A DNA stretch of 63,323 bases, counting the filler, from Perkinsus chesapeaki ATCC PRA-425 (lineage: Eukaryota > Protista > Perkinsozoa): the NCBI GenBank assembly GCA_013115145.1. It is 4 parts of 4 records of this genome, joined end to end, with 100 filler letters (N's around TTAATTAATTAA, not from the genome) between each part and the next. Parts side by side here need not be neighbours in the genome. Positions count along the whole stretch, not along the records: positions 1 to 28,730 come from JAAPAO010000464.1; positions 28,831 to 49,903 come from JAAPAO010000604.1; 2 more parts are not named here. One strand, 5' to 3'. The notes under the pieces are model-generated. The model was not told the origin of the DNA, searched no databases, and saw nothing but the letters and a program-made list of their open reading frames with translations. Every line of letters starts with the position of its first letter. Positions within the stretch are counted from its first letter, which is position 1. This document shows, one piece after another, positions 22,144 through 32,943 of this stretch. The position numbers and the translations under genes are program-made.

Positions 22144-25100
22144 TTATCGCCTTCGACCGGAGCGTGGGCCACCGTCAGCATGCTGCGGCATGTTAGAAAG
22201 CCTCGAAGGCCGGGACACCACAGGTTGTCCTATACGGCGGCCCGAACCAACTGCCTGGCAGCCCACACGTCCAAGTGGCGGAGGCAGACGTCTCACTTGC
22301 TTCCTCTTCGGGTCACTCTTTTGCCGCCTCGGCGATGTCTTGTAGAGAGTACTCCTTATCAGCGGCAGTGAGTCGCTGTTTATCTGACAGAAACGCTTTA
22401 CTTGCCTCGTCGAGCTGCTAGTGTCACCACCTTCTTGATGAAAGAAGAGTATCTTGCCTGCTGCTTGCTGTTGGCGGCCTTCCCTTGGATTGTGGATGGG
22501 TCGATACCGAAATGGCAGACTATCATGTCATTGGGAGGTAGCTGCCTCCAATGCTTGATGAGCAACGGCGAGAGATCTTCCTCGGACAGATAGCACGCCG
22601 TGTCAGTGGCATCGTCCTACACAAACAATTCGTACTAGTATCACTTCGCGTTCGCCACCTCTGGTCGTCGGTCCATAAGATAGTCGGCTGGCGAAGGCCC
22701 GCGCTGTTTCAGACGGCTCAGCAAATCTCGGAGTTGACAGGCTAGGTGGTCACTCTGTGGATCGCCTGAGATCGCCGCAAGTCGCCATCGACACGGTTTG
22801 AGGGACTGTACGAGATATAACGTCCAGCTGGTCTTCTGCAGCTTGCACAATTCCCAGCGCTTCAAACTCTTGCATCACAGCAACTGAAGCCATTAATAAG
22901 CCCCTACAAGAGGAGCCGCGCTACTGGAAATGTCCTGAGGCGCTCCAACGAGGAGGTAGCCGATGAGCTCGTAGGTTGACTCGCAGATGTAGTTGTCATC
23001 GGAGGACATCAGCGACACCAAAACCTGCCATTAGAAAATCACGGCCTGTTGCCCACACGTAACGAACTTCCAGAAAGCCGCGGTCACTGCTGAGACGCTT
23101 AATGCCTTCCTGCCGATTGCACAGACACACCACGAGGGCCAGGCCCCAGCGGACACCGAATCGGGACAGCATTCCGTTCTCTATCCGAGTCATCATATTC
23201 TCTATCACGTCTGATCGAAGAAGCTCGATAGGAACCCGTTAGTTCGCGTACTTTCACGCAGCATAACCGTCTGCGCGTTGTAGCGCATCGAGAGCCTTTG
23301 CAGGGCCGCCAGAGAGTGCATGAACGCAGGCGAGTCGGACGGCGCTTGAAACATGTTATGGACGAGCTGTGTGATAACCTGACCAGACATGCCAATAGAA
23401 GCATTAGGCACAACCTACGTTGGATTCGGCGGCCATGAACCAGCGGCCAATGGCTTCGCATGAAATAATGGCTATGGTGCACGCAGTGAGGTCAGATACG
23501 ACGACATCCGGGCAGCAAAGGAGATCTAGAAGGATCGAGTCACCGGTGCTGATCGGGTCACCGAGTGCCTGGTGGTGATGTCTATAGGTAGGTCAAAACA
23601 TGTATTACTCCGAGACCGATGAGACCGTAGATGCAAGAGCGACGCTTTCTGATGGGCTCGTACGGGGACGCTATGTGGCGGATAATAGAACGCAGCTAAG
23701 ATGACCGTGACCGGATGAGACATCGCGCGCATCTCACAGCAGGAATCATCGCCTCGCTGGAGTCTCGCATGCTGTGTAGATAATGCGAGAGTTGCTGCAT
23801 ATCAATTGGAGGACACTGGACGGGCGGAACGGAGGAAGCTGCTAGCTTGTCTTCCTCTTGGTTCTGACATGAAGCAATTACGTACTCGAGAAGTGCGGTA
23901 AATCTTTTGGGTGTTGTATTGATTACAGTAGTACAGTTGCTGCACAAATACGGGCACTGTATAGAAAAAATACCTGGAAACGTGCATTTTTCAATTCCAA
24001 GTTACGGCTGCCCATCGATTGCCCGCTTCAGATGACTGGTACTGTACCAATCAGCAGCAATTGAAAAATGTTAATCTCGAAACTTATTTGGTATAAGTAG
24101 TAGGCTTCAAGCTAAGATACCCTAACCTGCCTGTCTGTTCCTAAGCTCTCTTCGTCTTGCCGCCGATCCCGCACTCGAAGGCGTACCTGCCCAGTCTCTG
24201 TTATAGCAGTGCGTGGCAACAGTGGTAATAGTGAGTCAGCTATAGCAACCTACGTGGCACAGGCATCCTGCTAAATGGCATCTCGTCGAGCGCAGGAGCC
24301 GTTGCTTCGACATCCTCTTGGGGATCGTCCCTTGCATGCTCGACAGACGTTGCTGTACCTTCACAGTGCAGCAGCAGCAGTAGCATGTGGAGACTCGAGC
24401 TCGAGGGAATCCTCACCAAAGAGGAGGGCCTGTGAGCCAGATCTCATACGTTCTAGCTGGTGATGAGCCTCCATGACCTGCCGGCAGCGTAGGGAACTAC
24501 TAAAGTGACCGTCATTGTTTACCATCCGAGGATCATGCGAGAACTCCGAGCTCGGGTCGTTCTGCAGCGCCCTGATACCGATTTCCGCTAGTCGATAGAG
24601 ATCTGCTGCCATCTCAGGATCGGCCTCGTCCTTCCTAGTCCCGTGTGTCGCCGTGTATGCCGGGCTCTATCGAGGGGATGCATGCTCGCTGGCTTCCCAA
24701 TGCTCACCGGCACTTGACCGTTGATCTCAGCCGCTCGAGCCGCGTGAGATGGGGAGAAGCCATGGTCGACCTGCTGGATCTTGGCTATTGAGTAAAGCAA
24801 GGGAATCTGACAAACTATCCGTCATAGGCAAGCCACCAAGCCAGGGAGTGCACTCGTCGCCTTCGTGGAGACACGGAACGGATGGTCTCCTCGAGCTCCT
24901 TGCGTAGGCCAGCTCTCCATTCGTCGGTGAAAATCTGCCAACCAATATCGTCGGAGGCCTTCAGCAGCGGGTCACATGTTTTGTGAGGTCATGAGTCTGC
25001 GGTGCGTCTATATAAGGCAGGACGTAGTACGGCATGAGCTCCTCGAGACTCTCGTTGCTGAGGCGCCGCTGTCGACCAAGAAAAGCGGTGAAGGCCATCC

Positions 25101-26043
25101 AGTCCTGGTCCCCTTGGGACCTGCCTCCTCAGTGCCCGGGAGCTCATGGACGAGGGGCACGTACCGGTTAACTCTGGAGACAGGGCGATGGTCCTTCCTG
25201 TCCAGACAGGCCTTTGCGAAGAAGTGAACGCGAAGGCGAAACTCCAGAAGGAGCTTCTTAACTCGAACCTTGCATCCCAGACCCACTGCGACTCGCTCTC
25301 CGTCTCAGGCAACTTACCGTTGGCGGCAGCGATGACTGCCACAGCTGGAAGAACAGTGTCTGATCCTCTTTGTCGAAGGCGGCCAGCAAGCCACTACCGA
25401 TTGGCTGCGGCTCGTCGCCAGAACCACCTTCGGTACCTATTATGGTGCTACTTTGATCAGCCGAAACGACTTGGATGATGCTCACTGGCCGCCAGGGTCT
25501 CGCTTTCGCGCACCTTCAAGGCTTTACTTTCTCTGCTGAAGACATCCAGTGTTTCTATCAAACCATGGTGAGCAAGATATCTGCCAATAAGCTACACCAC
25601 GGCAGACTCAATCCTTCATTCGACTGTACTCTTTCACAGCCTCTATCACTATCAATTCTGTCATTTGGTTGCCGAAGTCCAACGTGGCTGAGGAGCAACT
25701 TCGATCGACCAGTAATGTTAGGCCCTCTCACTCCAGCCATCTAGCTCAAGCGTCTCCCCGACCCCTTTGCCATCGTCCACCTCCTCTTCCTCGTCCCTGC
25801 TCATTATCTGCAGCAGGCTCTCCTGCCGTTCTTCGTCCGACGGTGCTTCGTAATAAACAGTTCCCGACAGTGCTGGTAAGGCCGATGCCTACCAGGCTCA
25901 GTGGTCGGCTCTGAGGAGGGATCCTTAGCCCTCTCCATCTCATTCATGTCTCCATCAGTGAGACCAGCGTTGTTTTCCTCTTGCGAAATATCTGAGTCTG
26001 CCGGCACCGGTGTGTTCTCCGCAGTGATCACAGTCGATGCCAT
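22144..26043 (-). CDS. ARMC9: ARMC9-like LisH/armadillo ciliary protein, multi-exon
   Basis: Collinear blocks: LisH YLAHHGLIETLDVFSRESK; AFDKEDQTLFFQLW (FDNGDQKVFFDLW); LEFRLRVHFF (LEFYLHIHFA); LMPYYVLPYIDAPQTH (FLPFYALPFVPNPMVH); IFTDEWRAGLR; LAALQRLSMRYNAQTVM (LGALQKFSLRRPLQTAM); LALVVCLCNRQEG; VLVSLMSSDD. Confidence 0.85.
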
Positions 26044-26112
26044 CTCGACACTTGGAGTCACTCCATCAAACACACCATTGACAACACGATCGCATGAGAC
26101 AACGAAATCGCT

Positions 26113-27194
26113 TCACTGGAAAGTATAGTTGACATCGTACTGATACTGTTGGTCATTGTCATCGTTATAAATATACGAGCTCTCATCCAGCGCCTCATAA
26201 CCTGACTGTGAGTATGATGCCCCCGGCGGTGTCCTCCAGCACTCGAAGCCATCATAGCGGCCTTCAGAATACAACTGATAACTCCCGATGCTCTGCTCTG
26301 TCGGAGGTATTTCCGTCGAGGCGTAGTAGCTGGAGGAAGAGCTTGAAGGCGCGTACGAGTAGGGCAGCAGGCTTCTCCCTGGAGCGTCGTCGCTCGTGGA
26401 GCTCGCTGTCACGGTGTATTTGCCGACGACGCACAGGCCTCCCTTTGTCCGGTAGATGACGTCATCCGACAGCTCTATACGATTATCTCGAGTTATCCGT
26501 TCCATAGTCTGCACTGAAGCGTCCTTCCTCACCTGCAACGATGCCACCTCGTACGCCGCCATTGCCAATCTTGCTCACTGCGGTACGGCTCCGTCTGGTC
26601 TCTGCCATGGTCCTCTCATTGAGCTCAAGTTGAGCCCGGAGGAGCTCGCTCCGAAGCGAATGCTCTCTGTTGGTTGGCAAGTCATCACACTGCATTCCCA
26701 CTGATAATCGTGCGGCCATGGTTGATGCCTGGCGACCGAGCCTCCCAGCTTGGAGGCCTTTAGTGTCTTACAGCTGAAGGTTTGTGATCATCCTGTGATG
26801 TCCGGAAGCCAAGGGAGTTCACAGACTTCCGCAGATCGTTGCACTGGTCCTTAAGATTCCTAATGTCAGCTCGCTGTGCCTGAGCATCTTATATACGATA
26901 TTGTACTGATAATAAAGTGCACAGCAATAAAAAACAACAACACAACTACAAGAACAGTGCATTTGTAACACATGAGTATCGAAATACGTCCTCCACGCCA
27001 CTGACCAGTATCTCATCGACAAGCATATGATTAGTCCTCAACAGAACGTCCATCTTCCCCTTCAGCTCTTCGATGGCGTTCGCGTCACTTCCTGAGTCCG
27101 GACAGCGCAGAAGCACTCTATCTTCAGGGCCCGCCAGGCTAGGCGTCGGCTCTGATTCTGGGTCGTTCTGGTCAAGTGGTCCCTCCTGGTACAT
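26113..27194 (-). CDS. Hypothetical coiled-coil protein, multi-exon
   Basis: In-frame splice IEELKGKMDVLLRTNHMLVDEIL|AQRADIRNLKDQCNDLRKS; later LRSELLRAQLELNERT and a Tyr/Ser-rich last exon. One junction is unresolved. Confidence 0.5.
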
Positions 27195-27353
27195 TATCAA
27201 GCATGAAGGCAGTCAATCTCAACAGATTAGATATCCCTCGAACTAGCGCAACTCCGGAGATGGGTTATGAAAAGACTGTGTCGTGTACAGCCGTACTGCG
27301 CAGGAAGGGATGAACACTATAAGAGGCTCGCTGTGAATGGGGCCTCTAACTAA

Positions 27354-28541
27354 TCAGTTGACAGCAGTGGCGTCTTGAATGTTGTCCTCCTCTTGAGATG
27401 CATTTGACCGGCGGCTAGATGCCACTTTAAGCTCCTCGTTCCGGAGCTCCTGCATGAGAAGCTTCATCCTTTGCTTGGTGTTGCCACCGTCCATATCCTT
27501 GCCCCGTCTCGACTGCTGCTGCTGCTGTTGGCCTCCTTCACCGCTGCCTAAAGACTCGATGCTGCTTCCACGAGCGATCGTCTGGAAATTGACGTGATGA
27601 GTGATAACAACCCAGGGCCTACGACAAGGGCAAAATTCCCAGAAATTCGGTCGCAGTGGGCCTCAAGGCGTCCGCCCTTCTTCCTATTAAAACTGCAAGC
27701 TGCCCTATATAGTAAATCCTTACGTCTCGTTAGCCGTGGCCTTGGCCCAAGTACTCTCCTTGCTCTTCAATAGCTTATCCTGCTCGTTGAGATTTGCCTT
27801 CTTATTTTCATCTATACGAGACTGGCGTGTGGCATAGAATGACCTGAGCCACCTCGTGTCGCCAACGCGCTGCGTTCCTCCGGCTACTTCAAGGCATCCT
27901 GAGCCTCTCTTCGGGTAGTCTGCTTGGCCGTCTCCTCCTCTTTAACCATGGTCATGCACTGCTCACTGCTCAGCATCGAGGCCGCCCTCGCCTGCCCGGA
28001 GGAGCCCTCCTATCCCTTTCAAAATGGAGCCCACTACATTTCTATATTGTTTCTTTTCAGGCTCTTCCTCCTCTGAAGTAGTCTCATGGGAGTTGGATAC
28101 GCTCTCCGTACCACTGCCACTGTTAATTGCCGCACCAGTAAGATTCTCCTGCTCCACTTTCTCCTCAAACAGCTATGCAAAACCATCCAACTACCTCTGG
28201 ACGCTCATAATGAGCTGATGTCTCCGAGCGCTTATCATCGTCGGGCCCTCCGAGCCCGGTCGCTTGGTTCTCATGGGGAGAGTCACCCCAGCCACTATCT
28301 GCCAGATCGCCTAGGGAGCCACTGTCGGAGGAGGGGGAGAGCATTGCCTGCGCTTCGTGCCGGACAATAACCTGCCTCGACCACAGGAGATCGGTGTCGC
28401 TTCACTCAACGCAACAAGCGGTGCTTTGAAAAATGATTTCGTAAAATTAGACCTTAAGCTCGATAATAACGGAAAGAAAATGGGCGGCGTAAAGTACTGA
28501 CGCGGCATAGGGGTCAGGGAGCCAGTTGATTTGGAAGTCAT
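27354..28541 (-). CDS. Probable clathrin light chain (start may be 28344)
   Basis: Acidic disordered N-terminus; helix KEEETAKQTTRREAQDALK|SFYATRQSRIDENKKAN; ET|PWVVITHHVNF with the same W...F spacing as WERVAELCDF; C-terminal RMKLLMQELR (cf. RMRSVLISLK). Confidence 0.6.
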
Positions 28542-28730
28542 CTGCGGCTCCTCTGCCAAGAAGAGTGGTTACTTATATCATATAGACCAGATACCAAAAG
28601 TTTGAACTCATCAGGACTTAAACGGATGCTCGAGACCGCGGTAACCATGGCATAGTCCTTAAGTGAGGTTTACGAAGTAGACAAGTTTAGTTGTGGTCGT
28701 CAATAAGCGGCACGCGTGCACGGACAGCAC

Positions 28731-28830
28731 NNNNNNNNNNNNNNNNNNNNNNNNNNNNNNNNNNNNNNNNNNNNTTAATTAATTAANNNNNNNNNNNNNN
28801 NNNNNNNNNNNNNNNNNNNNNNNNNNNNNN
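28731..28830. other. Assembly gap (44 N + TTAATTAATTAA + 44 N)
   Basis: Same 100-nt format at all three gaps; the spacer places stop codons in all six frames. Confidence 0.97.
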
Positions 28831-28839
28831 TGGTAGGAA

Positions 28840-30760
28840 TATATCATTGGTCAGTTTACTAATGATGACCTGGTGGACGTCAAGACATACACCGTTTGAT
28901 TAAACGGTGGTACATCGAATCTGAGGCGCTCTACCGGCGCCTTGGCATGTTAAGGGTATTACTGACCCTTAACGTGTCTCTAGTCTTGCACTGTATTGAC
29001 ATGGATAACCGAAACCCGAAATACTCCTCAACCTTTGGGGTGTTCGGGCTTCAGGGTTGTGGTTTCCTCCCGCACTCCCGTGTTCGTTGGGATTTTACAC
29101 TCCGTTCCTGAAAGGGAACTCCACGTTAGGAAAATACAAGAGTGCATAAGTGTAATAGTCACGAAACGGTTACTAGCTTAACGCTAGAGAAACGCTTTGT
29201 GCACACTTACAGCACAAAGAGTATTGTGACAAAATATTGCGCAGCGCCATGGAACAGTTGTGCCAGTCACTGCCTGTAGTAGATCCGGATACCAATATAG
29301 AACCTACTGGGCACCTATTGGGTGTTCTGGCAATGCCGACTGGCATTGTGCGCTGTTGAGCCAATGACAAATTGTGTTATGGTGTCTCCATTTCGATCCA
29401 CTGTATTTCAATACCGACAATAGCATGCTCCTGAATCCCCAAAGTTCAAGGGTGGCGGTAGTGTCCATCGTATGCTGCTTGTATGCTGACGGTGTCAGTA
29501 GTAGATCTACGCTTCGTTGCTGCTCGCTTCACGGTCGCGTAACTTCGGGATCTCCATCCAGTGGCCACATTGAGTGAAGAGATGTCGCAACGTTCTCTTT
29601 GGTTGCGACCAGCTGATGAGCTCTTGATAAATGATAAATGATGAACTCTTGATGAATACTAGTTTATAAGTCATTTATAGTTTTTTGCTCAACTATATTC
29701 CGACAGTTTCGGAACTCTACGAAATATAATGACATTTGGATTAGGACGTAGGGAAAGGCATACCCTACCTTCAGAGGTTGAAATATAGCTCAAACAGAGT
29801 ACAATGTACTCAGTACATGGCAGGCTAATTTTTCCCTGCCCCCCGAGTGTTTGCGCCCTCTGGGTGTCCAACCGGTTGGGCCCCTATGCTGGCCACTGGC
29901 AGGGCAACAGCAGAATTTCAGAACGGGTGTATCCCATCTGATCCAGTATAATTACGTCCAGTGGCCAGTTAGTCCAGTGGTGCCATTTTCTCTTCTCTGT
30001 TGATCCATCATCATTTGATCCATCTTTATTTCATCCAGCTTGGCAGTTTTCCATTCGTTTCAGAAGAAAAAAGGTGTTCGTCCAGTACCATTTCAATGAA
30101 ATTTTCATCCAACGTATACGTCCTACTCGACTCGACTGTGGTAGAGCATAGTATGAACAGTTCGTATTACAGCATAGCCTAGTTCATAGTCTGATACAAC
30201 TTTAGCAACCACGACTATACGGCAATACACGTAGTTTAATGAAGCTCACATATATTAAAACATCAGAAAGATGCGGCTGCAGAAGAGCTGTTGGAGCCTG
30301 TTGGCAACAGGCTGTTGCAGGCCCTGCAACAGGGTGAACCTGCAATGCAGGGTGAACCCCATCGTAGGCGTCCTGGGACGTTCTCAGCTCTGGTTAGAAC
30401 AGAGCTGCAGGTTCCAAGATAAGTGATACGTATATAAATTTTCTAGCAAAATTTCTATAATATCTTCGCACTAGGAACACCCTTTGATCCCCGAGGGTCA
30501 CATTTCCGTGAGGCTATATGACTCCTCGGTCGGAGACGAGTATGGTGCTATGTATCGGAAATCCACCGCTGAACAGTCGCCTTTTCTGTCCATGGACGGA
30601 GACTATCTTAGTGATCACCAAAAGAGGTAGCGGACCCGTTTTTATTAAAAACTAAATTCAGATAGATCATTGTGGAGCTGCTCAAGTTGAGAAGCTAGTT
30701 TTAGTGCACAGTCATGCATCTTCAGTCGTAGCATCATCCGCTCATACCAACTTTTATCAT
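28840..30760 (+). mobile_element. Possible decayed hAT-like DNA transposon remnant
   Basis: Broken frames with collinear hAT-like fragments: WWTSR, SLVLHCID, CAHLQH, and C-terminal STAEQSPFLSMDGDYLSDHQKR...VEKLVLVHSH (cf. SERxFSxxG...RL...VEKLVF). Repeated CCAGTGGCCA motifs. No TIRs found. Confidence 0.3.
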
Positions 30761-30790
30761 AAAATACAGAATTATAACAGCATTGACAAA

Positions 30791-32780
30791 TCAGGAGGAA
30801 TCTTTCTTATTCCTGCGGACCCTCTTCGGGCTCGACCTGCTGCACTCTCGTACATAGTGTGAGCCACACAGAGCTACCTCTCTGATGAAGACTGCCCTGT
30901 TATCCTCTTTAGAAGCGAGCCAATCGAAGAGCCCACACCATTTAATATACCAGGAGATGATACTGCATTGCCTGAAATAACACAGATACGCCCATTTGTT
31001 AGAGTGTGCCGCCCCATGTGAAGACATATACAGAACATTCTATGGTATAGATAATAATAATACTCATCATAAGTGTATACAATTTACATATCACTATAAA
31101 TCGGATACTATCAATACTCGCGGAAAGATCTACATGACACATTCCAAGCACGTCACGTTGGACCGCCTCGAGAAGCAGGAATTGATAATGAAGTGACCAA
31201 AGTACGTTATGGAGAATACGAGATGGAATTCACGAGCGGAAGTATGTCGCAGTGAAATAAGTGATCCTGGCCGGGTTCGAACTTGCCTTTGGTGAAGGAT
31301 CTTTGCGCGGTGCTTTTCCTCCTCATAAACCTAACTCCCTTCACACTCTTTCTCTTCACACCCTTCACCCGTTTATCATTCAACTCTTGGCTTGGTGATG
31401 ATCTCAGACTCACTGGTCTAGAGGACGCCATCGATGAAAGCATGGAGGAACTCTCAGAGACAACAGTTGTGTTGTTAGCCGAGGGGCTCATCACCGAGCT
31501 TGCCAGGCTTGACCGATTCGCCGGAGAACTAAATAACGGAACAGCTCTAGCAACACTGAGGGGAATGGGACATCACCTGATCCTCCGGTGAAATTGGTCG
31601 TTCACCTGAGGACAATAAAAATGAAATTACTTGCGGAGTTAGTAGCTGCGCTGCAACAACGCCTGCGGTTGAAAATTAAACACCGACTAGTGACTAGTTT
31701 GTCCCAAAAAGCTGATAACGAAATACTAAAATATTAACATTTGCATGATTGGCAGTGTATTTTACAATGCTCTATCAGTAGCCTGAGTTGTACAACATTC
31801 CTTTAGTCGATAGCTCTTATGGTCAATCTATCTAGTTTGAACTCTATGATGCATATATTCTGACACTTACCTTTTCGAGGAAAAAGCCACCTCAGCCCTG
31901 TAAAACACACACGCGGCAATAATGTAGTTTCCAAGGCTCACAAACACCCTTACAGAGGTCTCCCCGCCGTTGCTGCCTTCCTTCCCTCTCAACTCCTTGA
32001 CCTCCTTCTCAAGACTCTCCACAACAGTTTTATGATAGTTAAGCTCATCTTGGCTCTGATTAAACAGAGTCTTCCAATACTCCACATCACATTCGAGTGA
32101 TTCCATCTCGCATTCTGAGAGACTGCCAATCGGACAATCGTCTCAGAGGAAGAATTCCAGTCTAATGCGACTTCATTATCAGACATAAAATGTCAACAAT
32201 CAACCCTTTCGAACGAGAACGACATGATGGAATAGCTTACGCTCAGATCGAGCGCTTCGCAGAGGCCTCACAGAGATGTCCTCCTTGAAGACCAACAAAT
32301 CTTCCTAATGTGACGATATATTATTGGAACAGCTAGAAGCAATCTTGCTAGACCAAAATGATGCGCCAAATTCGTTCCTCCTGGTAGGGCTCCATGACCC
32401 TCCACGGAAATGGTAGGGAGCTCATACCCGCACATTAATGCGGCTTCCGAATCCCGAACGAGAGGACGCTCACCTAAGAGATCAATGAGATCGTCCACTT
32501 CCTCCTTGCCATAGAAGGCCTTCCCTCTCTCCTCAACTTCATACGGTGCAAGCCTCACCATACAAGAGAACGTGCTTCCGCTGCTGCTACCAGTGCCGCG
32601 CTCCGACACACACCTGGCACCAAAATGCTGAGGTCAGTTATTCTCCGAATCTTTACTCCTCAGTGGGGTTGTCTTCTTGGGAAAGAACTCCGGGGTCGGA
32701 CACAGAGCGGACCTTCCCCTCGATCACGTCTTCTTGAGACTGCCAAATCTTGCGGAACAATTCTTAGATTGCCAAGATTA
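30791..32780 (-). CDS. Hypothetical multi-exon protein with coiled coil; boundaries approximate
   Basis: Coding-like exons with GT/AG edges, e.g. YWKTLFNQSQDELNYHKTVVESLEKEVKELR, VEERGKAFYGKEEVDDLIDLL and NDKRVKGVKRKSVKGVRF. No family recognised. Confidence 0.45.
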
Positions 32781-32943
32781 ACACTATCAACTCATCACCG
32801 CCCTTCCGATTATTAAACGTCATCGATAACAATGTATCAGCGACAGCAGCCCGCTTACGGCAACTGCCTTAATGTTATACAGTACGGCCAACAGGAGAGT
32901 AGGGTCGGATCGCCGAGCCCGCGATCGGTCATCTAATCGATTT

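Noticed and set aside
28775-28786. TTAATTAATTAA flanked by N runs, recurring at 49948 and 62040
   Set aside because: Identical 44N-12-44N format at each gap: an artificial six-frame-stop scaffold spacer, not biology.
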